NCBI GenBank assembly: GCA_022652485.1
Contig: JALCRK010000003.1
Span: forward strand, 35,798 to 99,797
Direction of reading: 5' to 3'
Origin: Sphingobium sp.
GTDB taxonomy: Bacteria > Pseudomonadota > Alphaproteobacteria > Sphingomonadales > Sphingomonadaceae
Length of the DNA stretch: 64,000 bases
Position numbers and translations under genes: made by a program. Below are positions 8,470 through 17,378 of this stretch, one piece after another. The notes under the pieces are model-generated. The model saw only the letters and a list, made by a program, of their open reading frames with translations. It ran no database searches and was not told where the DNA came from. How positions within the stretch are numbered: the stretch's first letter is position 1; each line of letters starts with the position of its first letter.

Positions 8470-9490
8470 CGGGACACTCAACGAGCGGCGCCACCAATTG
8501 CCTTGGCCAAAGGATAGGAGATTCCGCATCCTCTCAATTGATGGCGGCGGCATTCGTGGGATATTTCCTGCCGCAATTTTAGCAGAATTTGAGCGGAAGT
8601 TTCTCAGCGGTGACTCTGTTGGTGATTATTTCGACCTAATTGCCGGGACATCGACAGGAGGCATAATTGCTCTTGGTCTGTCGATAGGGTTACCTGCATC
8701 CAAAATTCTTGATTTGTACTTTAGTAATGGAGCAGAGATATTTCCCACAGCCGCGCCTCCGTTCAAGAGGATAAAGCGATTTTGGGCGAAATTTCGATCC
8801 TTAAATTATTACCAGTATAGCCGAGAACCGCTCGAACGTGAGTTACGTCAAATTTTTGGAACACTTACCATCGGTGACGCACAACGCCGCCTTTGTATTC
8901 CTTCATTTGATGGTTTCACCGAAGTAAACGTCTTCAAAACACCCCATCATCCCGATTTTAGGCTTGATTGGCGTGAGGAAATGGTGACGGTCGCACTAGC
9001 AACCTCTGCGGCTCCAACGTATTTTTCGGTCTACAAGGACGGTCAGCGACGTTTCGCAGATGGCGGCGTTTGGGCGAATAATCCTGTGATGGTAGCACTG
9101 GTAGACGCACTCACTTGCAATATGATCGAACGCGATCAGATCGATATTCTCTCGATCGGTTGTGGCGATGCTGAGATTAAAATGTCCGACGCTCAAATTC
9201 TGCGTGGTGGGTTGTGGCACTGGCGAGAAATTGTCTCATCGGCAATGCACCTCGCCAGCCAAAACGCGCTTGGCCAGGCCGGGCTGCTCATTGGACGTGA
9301 TCGCCTAATTCGCTTGAATACGCCTCCCTTCGCTGGGGGTGCCATTGGGTTGGACGACGTGAAACGTGCGAACACTGAGCTACCAAAAATCGCAAAGATT
9401 TTGGCAGAGCAGAATGGACCATTAGTGGCCGCTAGGTTTTTCTCTAGTAAGGCAGAACCATTCTCTCACTTTCATGGCTCCAAAGTTTGA
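8432..9490 (+). CDS. patatin-like phospholipase (CapV-like effector)
   Basis: ILSIDGGGIRG (oxyanion hole), GTSTGG (GxSxG nucleophile), ADGGVWANNP (catalytic Asp). ATG at 8432 preceded by AGGAGGA. Track ORF 8399-9490 trimmed accordingly. Confidence 0.9.
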   Translation: MEVDSQKPSRRSDGTLNERRHQLPWPKDRRFRILSIDGGGIRGIFPAAILAEFERKFLSGDSVGDYFDLIAGTSTGGIIALGLSIGLPASKILDLYFSNGAEIFPTAAPPFKRIKRFWAKFRSLNYYQYSREPLERELRQIFGTLTIGDAQRRLCIPSFDGFTEVNVFKTPHHPDFRLDWREEMVTVALATSAAPTYFSVYKDGQRRFADGGVWANNPVMVALVDALTCNMIERDQIDILSIGCGDAEIKMSDAQILRGGLWHWREIVSSAMHLASQNALGQAGLLIGRDRLIRLNTPPFAGGAIGLDDVKRANTELPKIAKILAEQNGPLVAARFFSSKAEPFSHFHGSKV

Positions 9491-10599
9491 TTGTCAGCTT
9501 CAAGCGCAAGCCGGTAACGTGCGTAGCGCCTCTCGCCGGTGCGAATTAACGCACCCTTCTCGACAAGATCGGCCAAATCGCGGGTCGCGGTAGCAAGGCT
9601 GGCATCTGTGATCGTCCGGTAATTCCCGGCGCTCAACCCACCCGCGAATCCATCCGGCCCTTCACGGAACAAGCGAAGCAGCGCCTTTTCCTGCCGTTCG
9701 TTGATTTGCCCGCGCAAGCGATCAAGCAGCCGAGTCTTGTCGATCAGGAAGCGAATGCGAGTGATCGTCCGTGCCTGCGCCTCGATGACAATATCGGCAA
9801 ACCATGCCAGCCAGGCATTGATGTCGTTGCTCTGGCTCCCGAGCTGGAGGGCGGCGTAATAGGCTTTGCGGTGACGATTGATCGTTTCCGCGAGCGCCGT
9901 CAGCGTCGGGGCCGCAAGGTTTTGCGCCAACGCTTTTTCGGCAATCGCGCGCCCGATACGGCCATTGCCATCCTCGAAGGGATGGATGCTCTCAAACCAC
10001 AGGTGCGAGATAGCGGCTCGGGTGATTGCCGGAAGCGGTTTCGCTGATTCCGGTGCGCTGTCGTTAAACCATGCGATGAAACGGGACATTTCCGCTGGAA
10101 CGGTATCGGACGGCGGTGCTTCGAAATGCACACGCGGCGCATGAAGCGCGCCCGACACAATCTGCATCGCATCTTGATGGCGACGGTAACGCCCGACATC
10201 GGTAATATCGCGCCGCCCGTTCATCACCATCGCGTGCCAAGCGAACAGGGTCTGGTCGTCAAGCGGCGCAGCATGGTTGCGATACACATCGGCCATCAAT
10301 TCAGCGGCCCCGGCCTCTGCCGCACTGGCGCGGCGCTGGTCGGTGGCAAAGCCCAGATGTCGCGCGAGTGACGACTGGACGCTGGCGCGATCGAGGATTT
10401 CTCCCTCGATGGCGGAGCTATCGACCACTTCTTGTGAAATCAGTTCGATGGTCAGGCCATCGCGGGCATCAGCGTCAAGGTGGTGCAGCGCGCCAATGAC
10501 AACGCCCGAACCTTTCAGGAATTGCTCTTCGGACGCGCGGATGCGATCCGCGTCGAAGCGGAAATCAGGCCAATCGGGAAGCTGCCAATTCCAGCGCAT
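9472..10599 (-). CDS. Fic family protein (AMPylase-type) with a DUF4172-like N-terminus
   Basis: Fic motif HPFEDGNGRIGR. N-terminus MRWNWQLPDWPDFRFD. C-terminal winged-helix-like region. The 3' end overlaps the patatin gene 3' end by 19 bp (convergent). Confidence 0.9.
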   Translation of the reverse strand: MRWNWQLPDWPDFRFDADRIRASEEQFLKGSGVVIGALHHLDADARDGLTIELISQEVVDSSAIEGEILDRASVQSSLARHLGFATDQRRASAAEAGAAELMADVYRNHAAPLDDQTLFAWHAMVMNGRRDITDVGRYRRHQDAMQIVSGALHAPRVHFEAPPSDTVPAEMSRFIAWFNDSAPESAKPLPAITRAAISHLWFESIHPFEDGNGRIGRAIAEKALAQNLAAPTLTALAETINRHRKAYYAALQLGSQSNDINAWLAWFADIVIEAQARTITRIRFLIDKTRLLDRLRGQINERQEKALLRLFREGPDGFAGGLSAGNYRTITDASLATATRDLADLVEKGALIRTGERRYARYRLALEADNQTLEP

Positions 10600-10972
10600 G
10601 ATGGATAAGATGCCTTTCTATCAATCACGATATAGCATGAATATGATTGATAAAGCGATAGCCAATCAATCATAACAGTCAGATTATCGCTTCGCGGAGT
10701 TTGCATATGGGAAAGCCCCCCCATTGCACCACTTTAAGTTCGCCAGCGGCGAAGGGACGCAATGCGGGGAAGACGCGGGCAAAGGGGTGCTTGAGGCTCG
10801 GCGCACCTTTTTCCTTCACCCGCTTGGCCGGTGTCCCGATCAAGAGCGCCAGCGGCGCATCGGAAAACCGGCGCAACCGCCAGACTCCCAAGAGCATCAG
10901 CGATGCGGAGTCAGCGTTTGAAGTGGGAGGTTCCTGATGCCCCCTACGATACGGGCGGGACGGTCATGTCTG

Positions 10973-12268
10973 CTACCGTCTCGCGGTTCTTGGCATTCGG
11001 GAGCGGCCGGAACGATCTCGTGTCGCGGCGGCTTTGGCGGCCCTTGCCGCAGCTTCGCTGTCGTCGCCGGGCTCTCGGGCCAATTCCCAACCGGTCATGC
11101 CCATGAGAACGCGATCTGCATGTTTCACAGTGTTCACATGGCCGTAATGCTGCTCGATCATCTTGACCGACGTTCCCATTTGTTCGGCAAGAATGTAAAC
11201 ATCGACGCCTTCTGAAAGGCGGAAGGTCGCATAGGTATGGCGGAAGCAATAGGTCGAACGGGAAATGCCGCTCGGCCCGATCCGCAAGTCCGATTCCGTC
11301 AACAGGTCTTGCACCGTGTCGCTGTAGAGATATTTGGCGGGCTTGCCGTTGATAATTGTGAAAACAGGATCGTCCGACTTGGTGGCCTTGGACAGCTCGC
11401 GAACGCGGTCGAGATAATCGCCGACACTCTTGGGAGCAACCAGTCTGCGGGACTTGCCTTTACCCTGCACAGATAAGACGACAATCTCCCTGCCGTCACG
11501 ATCCTTCGCCGCCATGATGTCTCGCCAGCGCAAGTTTCTCGCTTCTGGTGGACGCATCCCCGTGTTGCACATGATGAGCATGAAATTGTAGCAGATGGTT
11601 CGATACCAGATGCCCTGCGGCGATGTCGCCGCCTTGATCCATTTGCGGCCAAAGCTGTGCAGCTTACGATATTCCTCGGTCGTGAACTCATCGCGCCGCA
11701 TGGTTTTGAGCTTCGGCCTGCCCTCGAAGCGATGGCTCGCCGGAACATAGCGTTTGCTGATAGCGAAGCTCATCACCGCGTTGAAAGCACCCATTTCAAC
11801 GCCAATGGTTGCATCACTGACGATTGCCCGCGTCCGGCCCTTGCCGTTCTCCCGTCGCCATGTAGGATAATTTGACCAGCGGTCTTGACCAATTAGGTGA
11901 ATTTGCGTGCTTCCAATATAATCGTCCAAGACGCGGCGACAACGATTGGCGACGTTCTTGACGCTGTCGGCAGCCACCTCGCCCAACTTGGCGCGCCGCT
12001 GCTGCACAGCGATATATTCCTCTGCAACCTGGCGAAAAGGGCGGTTAAACACCGGCACATCATGCTTGATTCGAAAGCGAATGTCAGCATCGAGGTCGAA
12101 CGCTTGGTCATGCGCTGTCTGCCTGTCCGCCGTCCCTAACGCGATGGTCTTGTAGCGATCCTCCTTCGGGAGCTTGATGCGGCAATAGAAGTTGCGGTGC
12201 GCCACATCACCACGCCTGAAAATAATCAGGCCGGATTTAAGCTTCTCCTTGTCGGTGATAAACGCCAT
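10973..12268 (-). CDS. tyrosine-type site-specific integrase (island integrase)
   Basis: TGMRPPEARNLRWRDI, QGKGKSRRLVA, FRHTYATFRL, MGTSVKMIEQHYGHV (R..K..HxxR..H..Y). ATG at 12268 chosen (MAFITDKEKL); upstream alternatives at 12328 and 12376. Confidence 0.85.
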   Translation of the reverse strand: MAFITDKEKLKSGLIIFRRGDVAHRNFYCRIKLPKEDRYKTIALGTADRQTAHDQAFDLDADIRFRIKHDVPVFNRPFRQVAEEYIAVQQRRAKLGEVAADSVKNVANRCRRVLDDYIGSTQIHLIGQDRWSNYPTWRRENGKGRTRAIVSDATIGVEMGAFNAVMSFAISKRYVPASHRFEGRPKLKTMRRDEFTTEEYRKLHSFGRKWIKAATSPQGIWYRTICYNFMLIMCNTGMRPPEARNLRWRDIMAAKDRDGREIVVLSVQGKGKSRRLVAPKSVGDYLDRVRELSKATKSDDPVFTIINGKPAKYLYSDTVQDLLTESDLRIGPSGISRSTYCFRHTYATFRLSEGVDVYILAEQMGTSVKMIEQHYGHVNTVKHADRVLMGMTGWELAREPGDDSEAAARAAKAAATRDRSGRSRMPRTARR

Positions 12269-12436
12269 CGCGATGCTCCACTGTGCAGAATCTGTGTAGA
12301 TTAGCGTCGCAGGGGCGCGGAAATCCATAGCTGTGCAGGTGCTGTGTAGCTCTTTATAGCTTATTTTATTAGGCAATTCCAGTTATTTACTGTAATCCTG
12401 TCGTCCCGACCATTTTATATTTTCATATCAGATGAT

Positions 12437-12454
12437 TATCCGCTTTTGCGGATA
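12437..12454. repeat. perfect hairpin TATCCGC-TTTT-GCGGATA in the AT-rich island/core boundary region
   Basis: Read directly. It lies between the integrase start and the rplS terminator. Confidence 0.5.
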
Positions 12455-12519
12455 GGGAACGAAGGCTCGGGACACACCTCGTCAGGCACCAAAGCGATGC
12501 CCTAGATCCATACTCAACA

Positions 12520-12543
12520 TCATTCCCAAGTACGCGGGAATGA
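12520..12543. repeat. REP-like hairpin TCATTCCC-N8-GGGAATGA
   Basis: Read directly. Similar architecture to the hairpins at 30405-30469. Confidence 0.4.
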
Positions 12544-12564
12544 CGAGCGTTTGGCGAAGTTGAC

Positions 12565-12602
12565 CAGAAAGCAAAACAGGCGCACCCGAGCGGGCGCGCC
12601 TG
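12565..12602 (-). terminator. rho-independent terminator of rplS
   Basis: On the minus strand, CAGGCGCGCCCG..CGGGTGCGCCTG is followed by TTTTGCTTTC, ~30 nt after the rplS stop. Confidence 0.7.
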
Positions 12603-12632
12603 CTTGTAAAGCCTGAAGCTGTGTAAGGGCGA

Positions 12633-13013
12633 TCAGCCCTCGTTGCGGGTGTCGCGACGCTCGGCGATGCGGGCGCGCTTGCCGGTGCGGCCACGCAGAT
12701 AATAGAGCTTCGCACGACGCACGACGCCCTTGCGGACGACGGTGATGCTGTCGATGTTCGGCGAATAGAGCGGGAAGACGCGCTCAACGCCCTCGCCGAA
12801 GCTCATCTTGCGCACGGTGAAGTTCGACCCCATGCCCTTGTTCGAGCGGGCGATGCAGACGCCTTCATAGTTCTGAATACGGGTGCGTTCGCCTTCAACC
12901 ACCTTCACGCCGACGCGCAGCGTGTCGCCCGCGCGGAAATCCGGGATGGCATTGGCGGCGGCGGAGGTCGCCTTCGCGATTTCCTCGGCCTCGATCTGTT
13001 GAATGAGGTTCAT
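12633..13013 (-). CDS. rplS: 50S ribosomal protein L19
   Basis: [68 protein letters not shown] is a clear L19 sequence. Confidence 0.97.
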   Translation of the reverse strand: MNLIQQIEAEEIAKATSAAANAIPDFRAGDTLRVGVKVVEGERTRIQNYEGVCIARSNKGMGSNFTVRKMSFGEGVERVFPLYSPNIDSITVVRKGVVRRAKLYYLRGRTGKRARIAERRDTRNEG

Positions 13014-13055
13014 ATGACCTTCTTCCTTCGTCTCGTGTCGCGCGCCAGAGGCAGG

Positions 13056-13814
13056 TCAGTCCCGAACGCCCCTGTGGCGCTCCCAAAGGTCCGGCCTGCG
13101 TAACCGTGTATCATCCTCCGCCCTTTGCTTCCGCCAGGCGGCGATTTTCGCGTGATCCCCCGATCGCAACACTTCAGGGATCGCGCGCCCTTCCCACTCT
13201 TGTGGTCGGGTATAGTGCGGATATTCGAGGAGGCCGCTTTCGAAGCTTTCCTCGACTCCGCTTGAAGGCGCGCCCATTACCCCGGGAAGCAGGCGAATGC
13301 AAGCGTCGAGGATGGTGAGCGCCGCCATCTCTCCGCCGGAGAGGATGATATCGGTGAGGCTGACCTGTTCGATCTGCGGGCGAGCGTCGAACAGGCGCTC
13401 GTCGAACCCCTCGAAACGCCCGCAGAGAATGGTCACGCCGGGGCCGGAGGCGATCTCGCGGATGCGCGCCTGCGTAATGGGTTTCCCGCGCGGTGTCATG
13501 GCGAGGATGGGGGCGGCCTTTAATAGCCCCTCCCCTTCTGGGGAGGGGTTGGGGTGGGGCTTGCTCCGCTCCGCCATCCGCCGCTCCGCCTCATCCACGA
13601 CAGCGGAGAGTACATCGCAACGCAGCACCATGCCCGCGCCGCCACCTGCGGGTGTATCATCGACGGTGCGGTGCTTGTCCGTGGCGAAATCGCGGATCTG
13701 GATCGGGTCGCACGACCATATCCCTTGGCTTAACGCCCGCCCGGCGAGCGATAAACCCAGCGGACCGGGGAACATCTCCGGATAAAGGGTGAGGATTTGG
13801 GTGTGGAAGGTCAT
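13056..13814 (-). CDS. trmD: tRNA (guanine37-N1)-methyltransferase
   Basis: [63 protein letters not shown]. Contains an extra loop segment, [14 protein letters not shown]. Confidence 0.95.
   Translation of the reverse strand: MTFHTQILTLYPEMFPGPLGLSLAGRALSQGIWSCDPIQIRDFATDKHRTVDDTPAGGGAGMVLRCDVLSAVVDEAERRMAERSKPHPNPSPEGEGLLKAAPILAMTPRGKPITQARIREIASGPGVTILCGRFEGFDERLFDARPQIEQVSLTDIILSGGEMAALTILDACIRLLPGVMGAPSSGVEESFESGLLEYPHYTRPQEWEGRAIPEVLRSGDHAKIAAWRKQRAEDDTRLRRPDLWERHRGVRD
13527..13548. repeat. palindrome CCCCTCCCC-TTCT-GGGGAGGGG inside the trmD coding sequence
   Basis: Read directly. It encodes the PSPEGEG part of the extra TrmD loop. Confidence 0.8.
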
Positions 13815-14311
13815 GCGACGAAAGCGGCGTCAATCACGGCCTGCTCCGCTTCGATCCGCGCGGCGTGGATGGGGACCATGAAACGCTTGCCCGGTTTGCC
13901 GTCCACTGCGGCGGGACGCTCGATTTCGAGGATGTCGCCCGCGCCGAAATTCTCGATCGCAACCACGTGCCCAAGTTCATCCCCTGCGTCAGAAACACAA
14001 GGCAAGTCTATGAGATCATGATGATAATATTCGCCATCTGCCAGAGGCGGCAGCGCCGAGCGGGGCACAGTGAGCGCGGTTCCGCGCAAGGCCTCGGCGG
14101 CATTGCGATCGGCTATCTCGGCAAAGCGCGCTACCGCGCCATTGGGGCCGTGGCGGACCGTCTTCAGGGTGAGCGAGCGCCCACCAGCATCGAAACTCTT
14201 ATAGGTGCGCAAGCTGTCCGGCCCGTCGCCGAACAGCTTCAAACGCACCTCGCCCGCCACGCCATGCGCACCGATGATGGCAGCAAGGGTGACGGGCTTG
14301 TCTTTATCCAA
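13811..14311 (-). CDS. rimM: ribosome maturation factor RimM
   Basis: [16 protein letters not shown].., [11 protein letters not shown]. Conserved position between rpsP and trmD, with a 4-nt overlap with trmD. Confidence 0.9.
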   Translation of the reverse strand: MDKDKPVTLAAIIGAHGVAGEVRLKLFGDGPDSLRTYKSFDAGGRSLTLKTVRHGPNGAVARFAEIADRNAAEALRGTALTVPRSALPPLADGEYYHHDLIDLPCVSDAGDELGHVVAIENFGAGDILEIERPAAVDGKPGKRFMVPIHAARIEAEQAVIDAAFVA

Positions 14312-14314
14312 GGA

Positions 14315-14776
14315 TCAGCCCTCGGCCTGCTCTTCGCTGGCCTCTGCGGCGGGCGCTTCCTCGGCAGCAGGAGCTTCCTCGGCGGGCGCCTCTTCCACCG
14401 CGGGAGCGGCGGCAGCCTCACGGGCGGCTTCTTCAGCAGCGGCGAGCTTCTCGGCCTTCTCCTCTGCACGGTCCTTGGCCTTCTGGCCCGGCTCACCCTT
14501 GTTGGGGTTGCTGCGCGCGGCGCGCTCCTTCACGCCAGCGGCGTCGAGGAAGCGGGCTACGCGATCGGTCGGCTGCGCGCCGTTGGCGACCCAGTATTTC
14601 GCACGCTCGACGTCCAGAACGACGCGCTTCTCGTCGGTCTTGGCGAGGAGCGGATTGTAGCTGCCGATGCGCTCGATGAATTTGCCGTCACGCGGCGCGC
14701 GCACGTCTGCAACGACGATGCGGTAATAAGGACGCTTCTTGGAGCCACCGCGCGAAAGACGAATGGAAGTTGCCAT
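14315..14776 (-). CDS. rpsP: 30S ribosomal protein S16 with an Ala/Glu/Pro-rich C-terminal extension
   Basis: [43 protein letters not shown], followed by a low-complexity tail ([18 protein letters not shown]). Confidence 0.95.
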   Translation of the reverse strand: MATSIRLSRGGSKKRPYYRIVVADVRAPRDGKFIERIGSYNPLLAKTDEKRVVLDVERAKYWVANGAQPTDRVARFLDAAGVKERAARSNPNKGEPGQKAKDRAEEKAEKLAAAEEAAREAAAAPAVEEAPAEEAPAAEEAPAAEASEEQAEG

Positions 14777-14821
14777 AAATTCTAACCTTACCTTTCTTGA
14801 AATTTGAAAATATTAAATAAA

Positions 14822-16300
14822 CTACTTTTTTCCGAAATTGCCGAAGCCCGGCGGGAGACCTCCGGGTGCTCCGCCGCCCAGACCCGGAAGGCCGCCACCG
14901 GCTCCCCCGCCCATGCCGCCCAGCATATCGCCAAGGCCACCGCCCAGACCACCCTTTCCGCCCATGAACATCTTCGCAAGGCCGCCCAATCCGCCCATCT
15001 TGCGGATCTTCTTCATCGCGGTTTCCATTTCCTGATGCATCTTGAGGAGCTTGTTCACCTCCTGCACCGTACGGCCCGCGCCCTTGGCGATGCGGATCTT
15101 GCGCTTGGCGTTGATGATCGCCGGGCGCTCGCGCTCCTTGGGAGTCATCGAGCCGATGATCGCATCCAGATGCACCAGCGCCTTGTCGTTGGCACCGCTC
15201 TGCGCCATCGCGGCTTGCGCTTTCTTGAGGCCTGGGATCATGCCCGCCATTGCGCCAAGGCCGCCCATCTGCTGCACCTGTTTCAGCTGCATCCGCAGGT
15301 CGTTGAGGTCAAATTGCCCCTTCGCCATTTTCTTGGCGAGCTTGTCCGCTTCTTCGGCGTCAATGACCTCCGCCGCCTTCTCGACCAGCGAAACGACATC
15401 GCCCATGCCAAGGATACGCTGCGAAACGCGCGCAGGGTGGAAGGGCTCGATCGCATCCAGCTTTTCGCCGGTGCCCGCGAACTTGATCGGCGCGCCGGTG
15501 ACGAAACGCATCGAGAGCGCCGCACCACCACGCGCATCACCATCCATACGGGTGAGCACCACGCCGGTCAGCGGCACCTGCTCGGTAAAGCTCTTAGCGA
15601 CGTTGACGGCGTCCTGGCCGGTGAGGCTATCAACGACCAGCAGGATTTCCTGCGGCGCGGATACATCCGCCACCGCCTTCATCTCGTCCATCAGCGCCTG
15701 ATCGACATGGAGGCGGCCCGCGGTATCGAGCATCACCACGTCATAGCCCTGCAACTTCGCGGACTGGAGCGCGCGGCGGGCGATATCGACCGGCTGCTGC
15801 CCCGCGACGATCGGCAAGGTGGCAACGTCGCACTGGGTTCCCAGCACCGCGAGCTGCTCCTGCGCCGCCGGACGGTTGACGTCGAGCGACGCCATCATCA
15901 CCTTCTTGCGTTCTTTTTCCTTGAGGCGCTTGGCGATCTTGGCGGTGGTGGTGGTCTTGCCCGATCCCTGCAAACCGACCATCATGATGACGGCAGGCGG
16001 CGTGACATCGAGCATCAGGTCGGAGCTTTCGGCCCCGAGGAATTCCGTCAGCGTATCGGAGACGATCTTGACGACCATCTGCCCCGGCGTGACTGAGCGC
16101 AGCACATCGCCGCCGACGGCGCGGTCGGTCGCGCGGTCGATGAACTCGCGCACCACGGGCAGCGCGACGTCCGCCTCCAGCAGCGCGATTCGCACCTCGC
16201 GCATCGCGGTGCGGACATCATCCTCCGTAAGCGCACCGCGCCCACGCAGCTTGTCGAATACCCCGGTCAGGCGATCGCTCAACGAGTCAAACATCGACAC
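14822..16300 (-). CDS. ffh: signal recognition particle protein Ffh
   Basis: MFDSLSDRL.., GLQGSGKTTTTAKIA, DTAGRL, TRMDGDARGGAALS, and a Met/Gly-rich M domain. Confidence 0.97.
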   Translation of the reverse strand: MSMFDSLSDRLTGVFDKLRGRGALTEDDVRTAMREVRIALLEADVALPVVREFIDRATDRAVGGDVLRSVTPGQMVVKIVSDTLTEFLGAESSDLMLDVTPPAVIMMVGLQGSGKTTTTAKIAKRLKEKERKKVMMASLDVNRPAAQEQLAVLGTQCDVATLPIVAGQQPVDIARRALQSAKLQGYDVVMLDTAGRLHVDQALMDEMKAVADVSAPQEILLVVDSLTGQDAVNVAKSFTEQVPLTGVVLTRMDGDARGGAALSMRFVTGAPIKFAGTGEKLDAIEPFHPARVSQRILGMGDVVSLVEKAAEVIDAEEADKLAKKMAKGQFDLNDLRMQLKQVQQMGGLGAMAGMIPGLKKAQAAMAQSGANDKALVHLDAIIGSMTPKERERPAIINAKRKIRIAKGAGRTVQEVNKLLKMHQEMETAMKKIRKMGGLGGLAKMFMGGKGGLGGGLGDMLGGMGGGAGGGLPGLGGGAPGGLPPGFGNFGKK

Positions 16301-16545
16301 CTCACAACGCGCGGAAATCCGCGGAAAAGCTTATACCCCAAAACGACAAGCGCGCCGGTGGGCGAAACCTCGCCGACCAGCGTCGATCCGTGGACCTTAT
16401 GGGCAATATGCCCAAGCCAGGGATGTCATCAGGGCGTCAACCGAACCCGAAGGCCCGCTCGACTGTCGCCGCCCATAAGCGAAAGTGCCGCCTTACGCAA
16501 GCGAAGCCGTGGACTTTCGCGCTATTCACCCCTACATGCGCGGCG

Positions 16546-17352
16546 ATGAGCAGCTTCGCCAAAATGCACGGTTTGAGAAATGATTTCGTGGTGATCGACG
16601 CGCGGGAAACGCCTGTCGAGATTACGGAAGCGCGCGCCCGCGCGATTGCGGACCGGCATACGGGCATCGGCTGCGATCAGTTGATCATTGTCGGCCAGTC
16701 CGACCGCGCGGATGTCTCAATGCGGATCTTCAATGCCGATGGCTCCGAGGTCGAGGCGTGTGGCAATGCGACACGCTGTATTCCGCTGTTCATTGGCAGC
16801 GACGTGACGATCGAGACCAAGGCCGGGATACTGGAAGCGCGGATTGCGGACGATGGCGTCAGTGTCGACATGGGCGCGCCACGGTTCGAGTGGCGTGAGA
16901 TTCCGCTGGCCTATGCGATGGACACCTATTCCCTGCCGACGACCTGGGATGATCTGCCGCCGCCCTTTTGCGTCAATGTCGGCAATCCGCATGTGATCTT
17001 CTTTGTGGGCGATCTCGATAAGGTCGATACCGCGCGACTGGGACAACTGATCGAGCATGATCCGCTTTTTCCGGCGCGAGTGAATGTCAATTTCGCGCAG
17101 GTGACGGGGCCGCACTCGCTACGCCTCATCGTGTGGGAACGCGGCGCCGGACTGACGCAGGCGTGCGGTACAGGGGCTTGCGCCACCGCTGTTGCCGCGA
17201 TCCGGCGCGGCCTCGCGCAGGGGCCGGTCACAGTCTCCCTACCGGGCGGCGATCTTGTCATCGACTGGCAGGCGGGCGGGCACATCCAGATGACCGGCCC
17301 TGCTAACCATGTCTTTTCCGGCGAGGCCGACTGGGGCGCTTTTGGTGGTTGA
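16546..17352 (+). CDS. dapF: diaminopimelate epimerase
   Basis: FAKMHGLRNDFVVID, GCDQLI, NADGSEVEACGNATRC, VNVGNPH, ERGAGLTQACGTGACA. ATG at 16546 within track ORF 16390-17352. Confidence 0.93.
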   Translation: MSSFAKMHGLRNDFVVIDARETPVEITEARARAIADRHTGIGCDQLIIVGQSDRADVSMRIFNADGSEVEACGNATRCIPLFIGSDVTIETKAGILEARIADDGVSVDMGAPRFEWREIPLAYAMDTYSLPTTWDDLPPPFCVNVGNPHVIFFVGDLDKVDTARLGQLIEHDPLFPARVNVNFAQVTGPHSLRLIVWERGAGLTQACGTGACATAVAAIRRGLAQGPVTVSLPGGDLVIDWQAGGHIQMTGPANHVFSGEADWGAFGG

Positions 17353-17378
17353 GGCGCACCGGCTCGTGACACAAGCTG

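Larger units (their letters stand above)
1..12520. mobile_element. Right-hand part of an integrated genomic island / ICE-like element (backbone genes, recombinase remnants, defence cargo, terminal integrase). The left end lies outside the window.
   Basis: ParB-like + DUF2958 ICE-type genes at the left edge. Two tyrosine recombinase genes (2454-3362, 10973-12268). Visibly AT-richer cargo from ~3.4-9.5 kb. The integrase is the last gene before the rplS terminator and the core ribosomal operon. Confidence 0.6.

Noticed and set aside
10679-10937. Small ORFs (72 aa -, 78 aa +, 65 aa +) between fic and the integrase
   Set aside because: They overlap one another in different frames, have no RBS or motif, and have Arg/Pro/Gly-rich composition. 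The region is more likely a non-coding island remnant.
14315-14500. Ala/Glu/Pro-rich C-terminal extension of ribosomal protein S16 as a novel fusion
   Set aside because: It is a low-complexity tail with imperfect EEAPA repeats. C-terminally extended S16 is common in alphaproteobacteria, so it is not considered unusual.
14804-16096. 430-aa ORF on the + strand
   Set aside because: It is antisense to the unmistakable ffh gene. The product is Arg/His/Leu/Gly-rich low-complexity sequence with no motif, a typical high-G+C shadow ORF.
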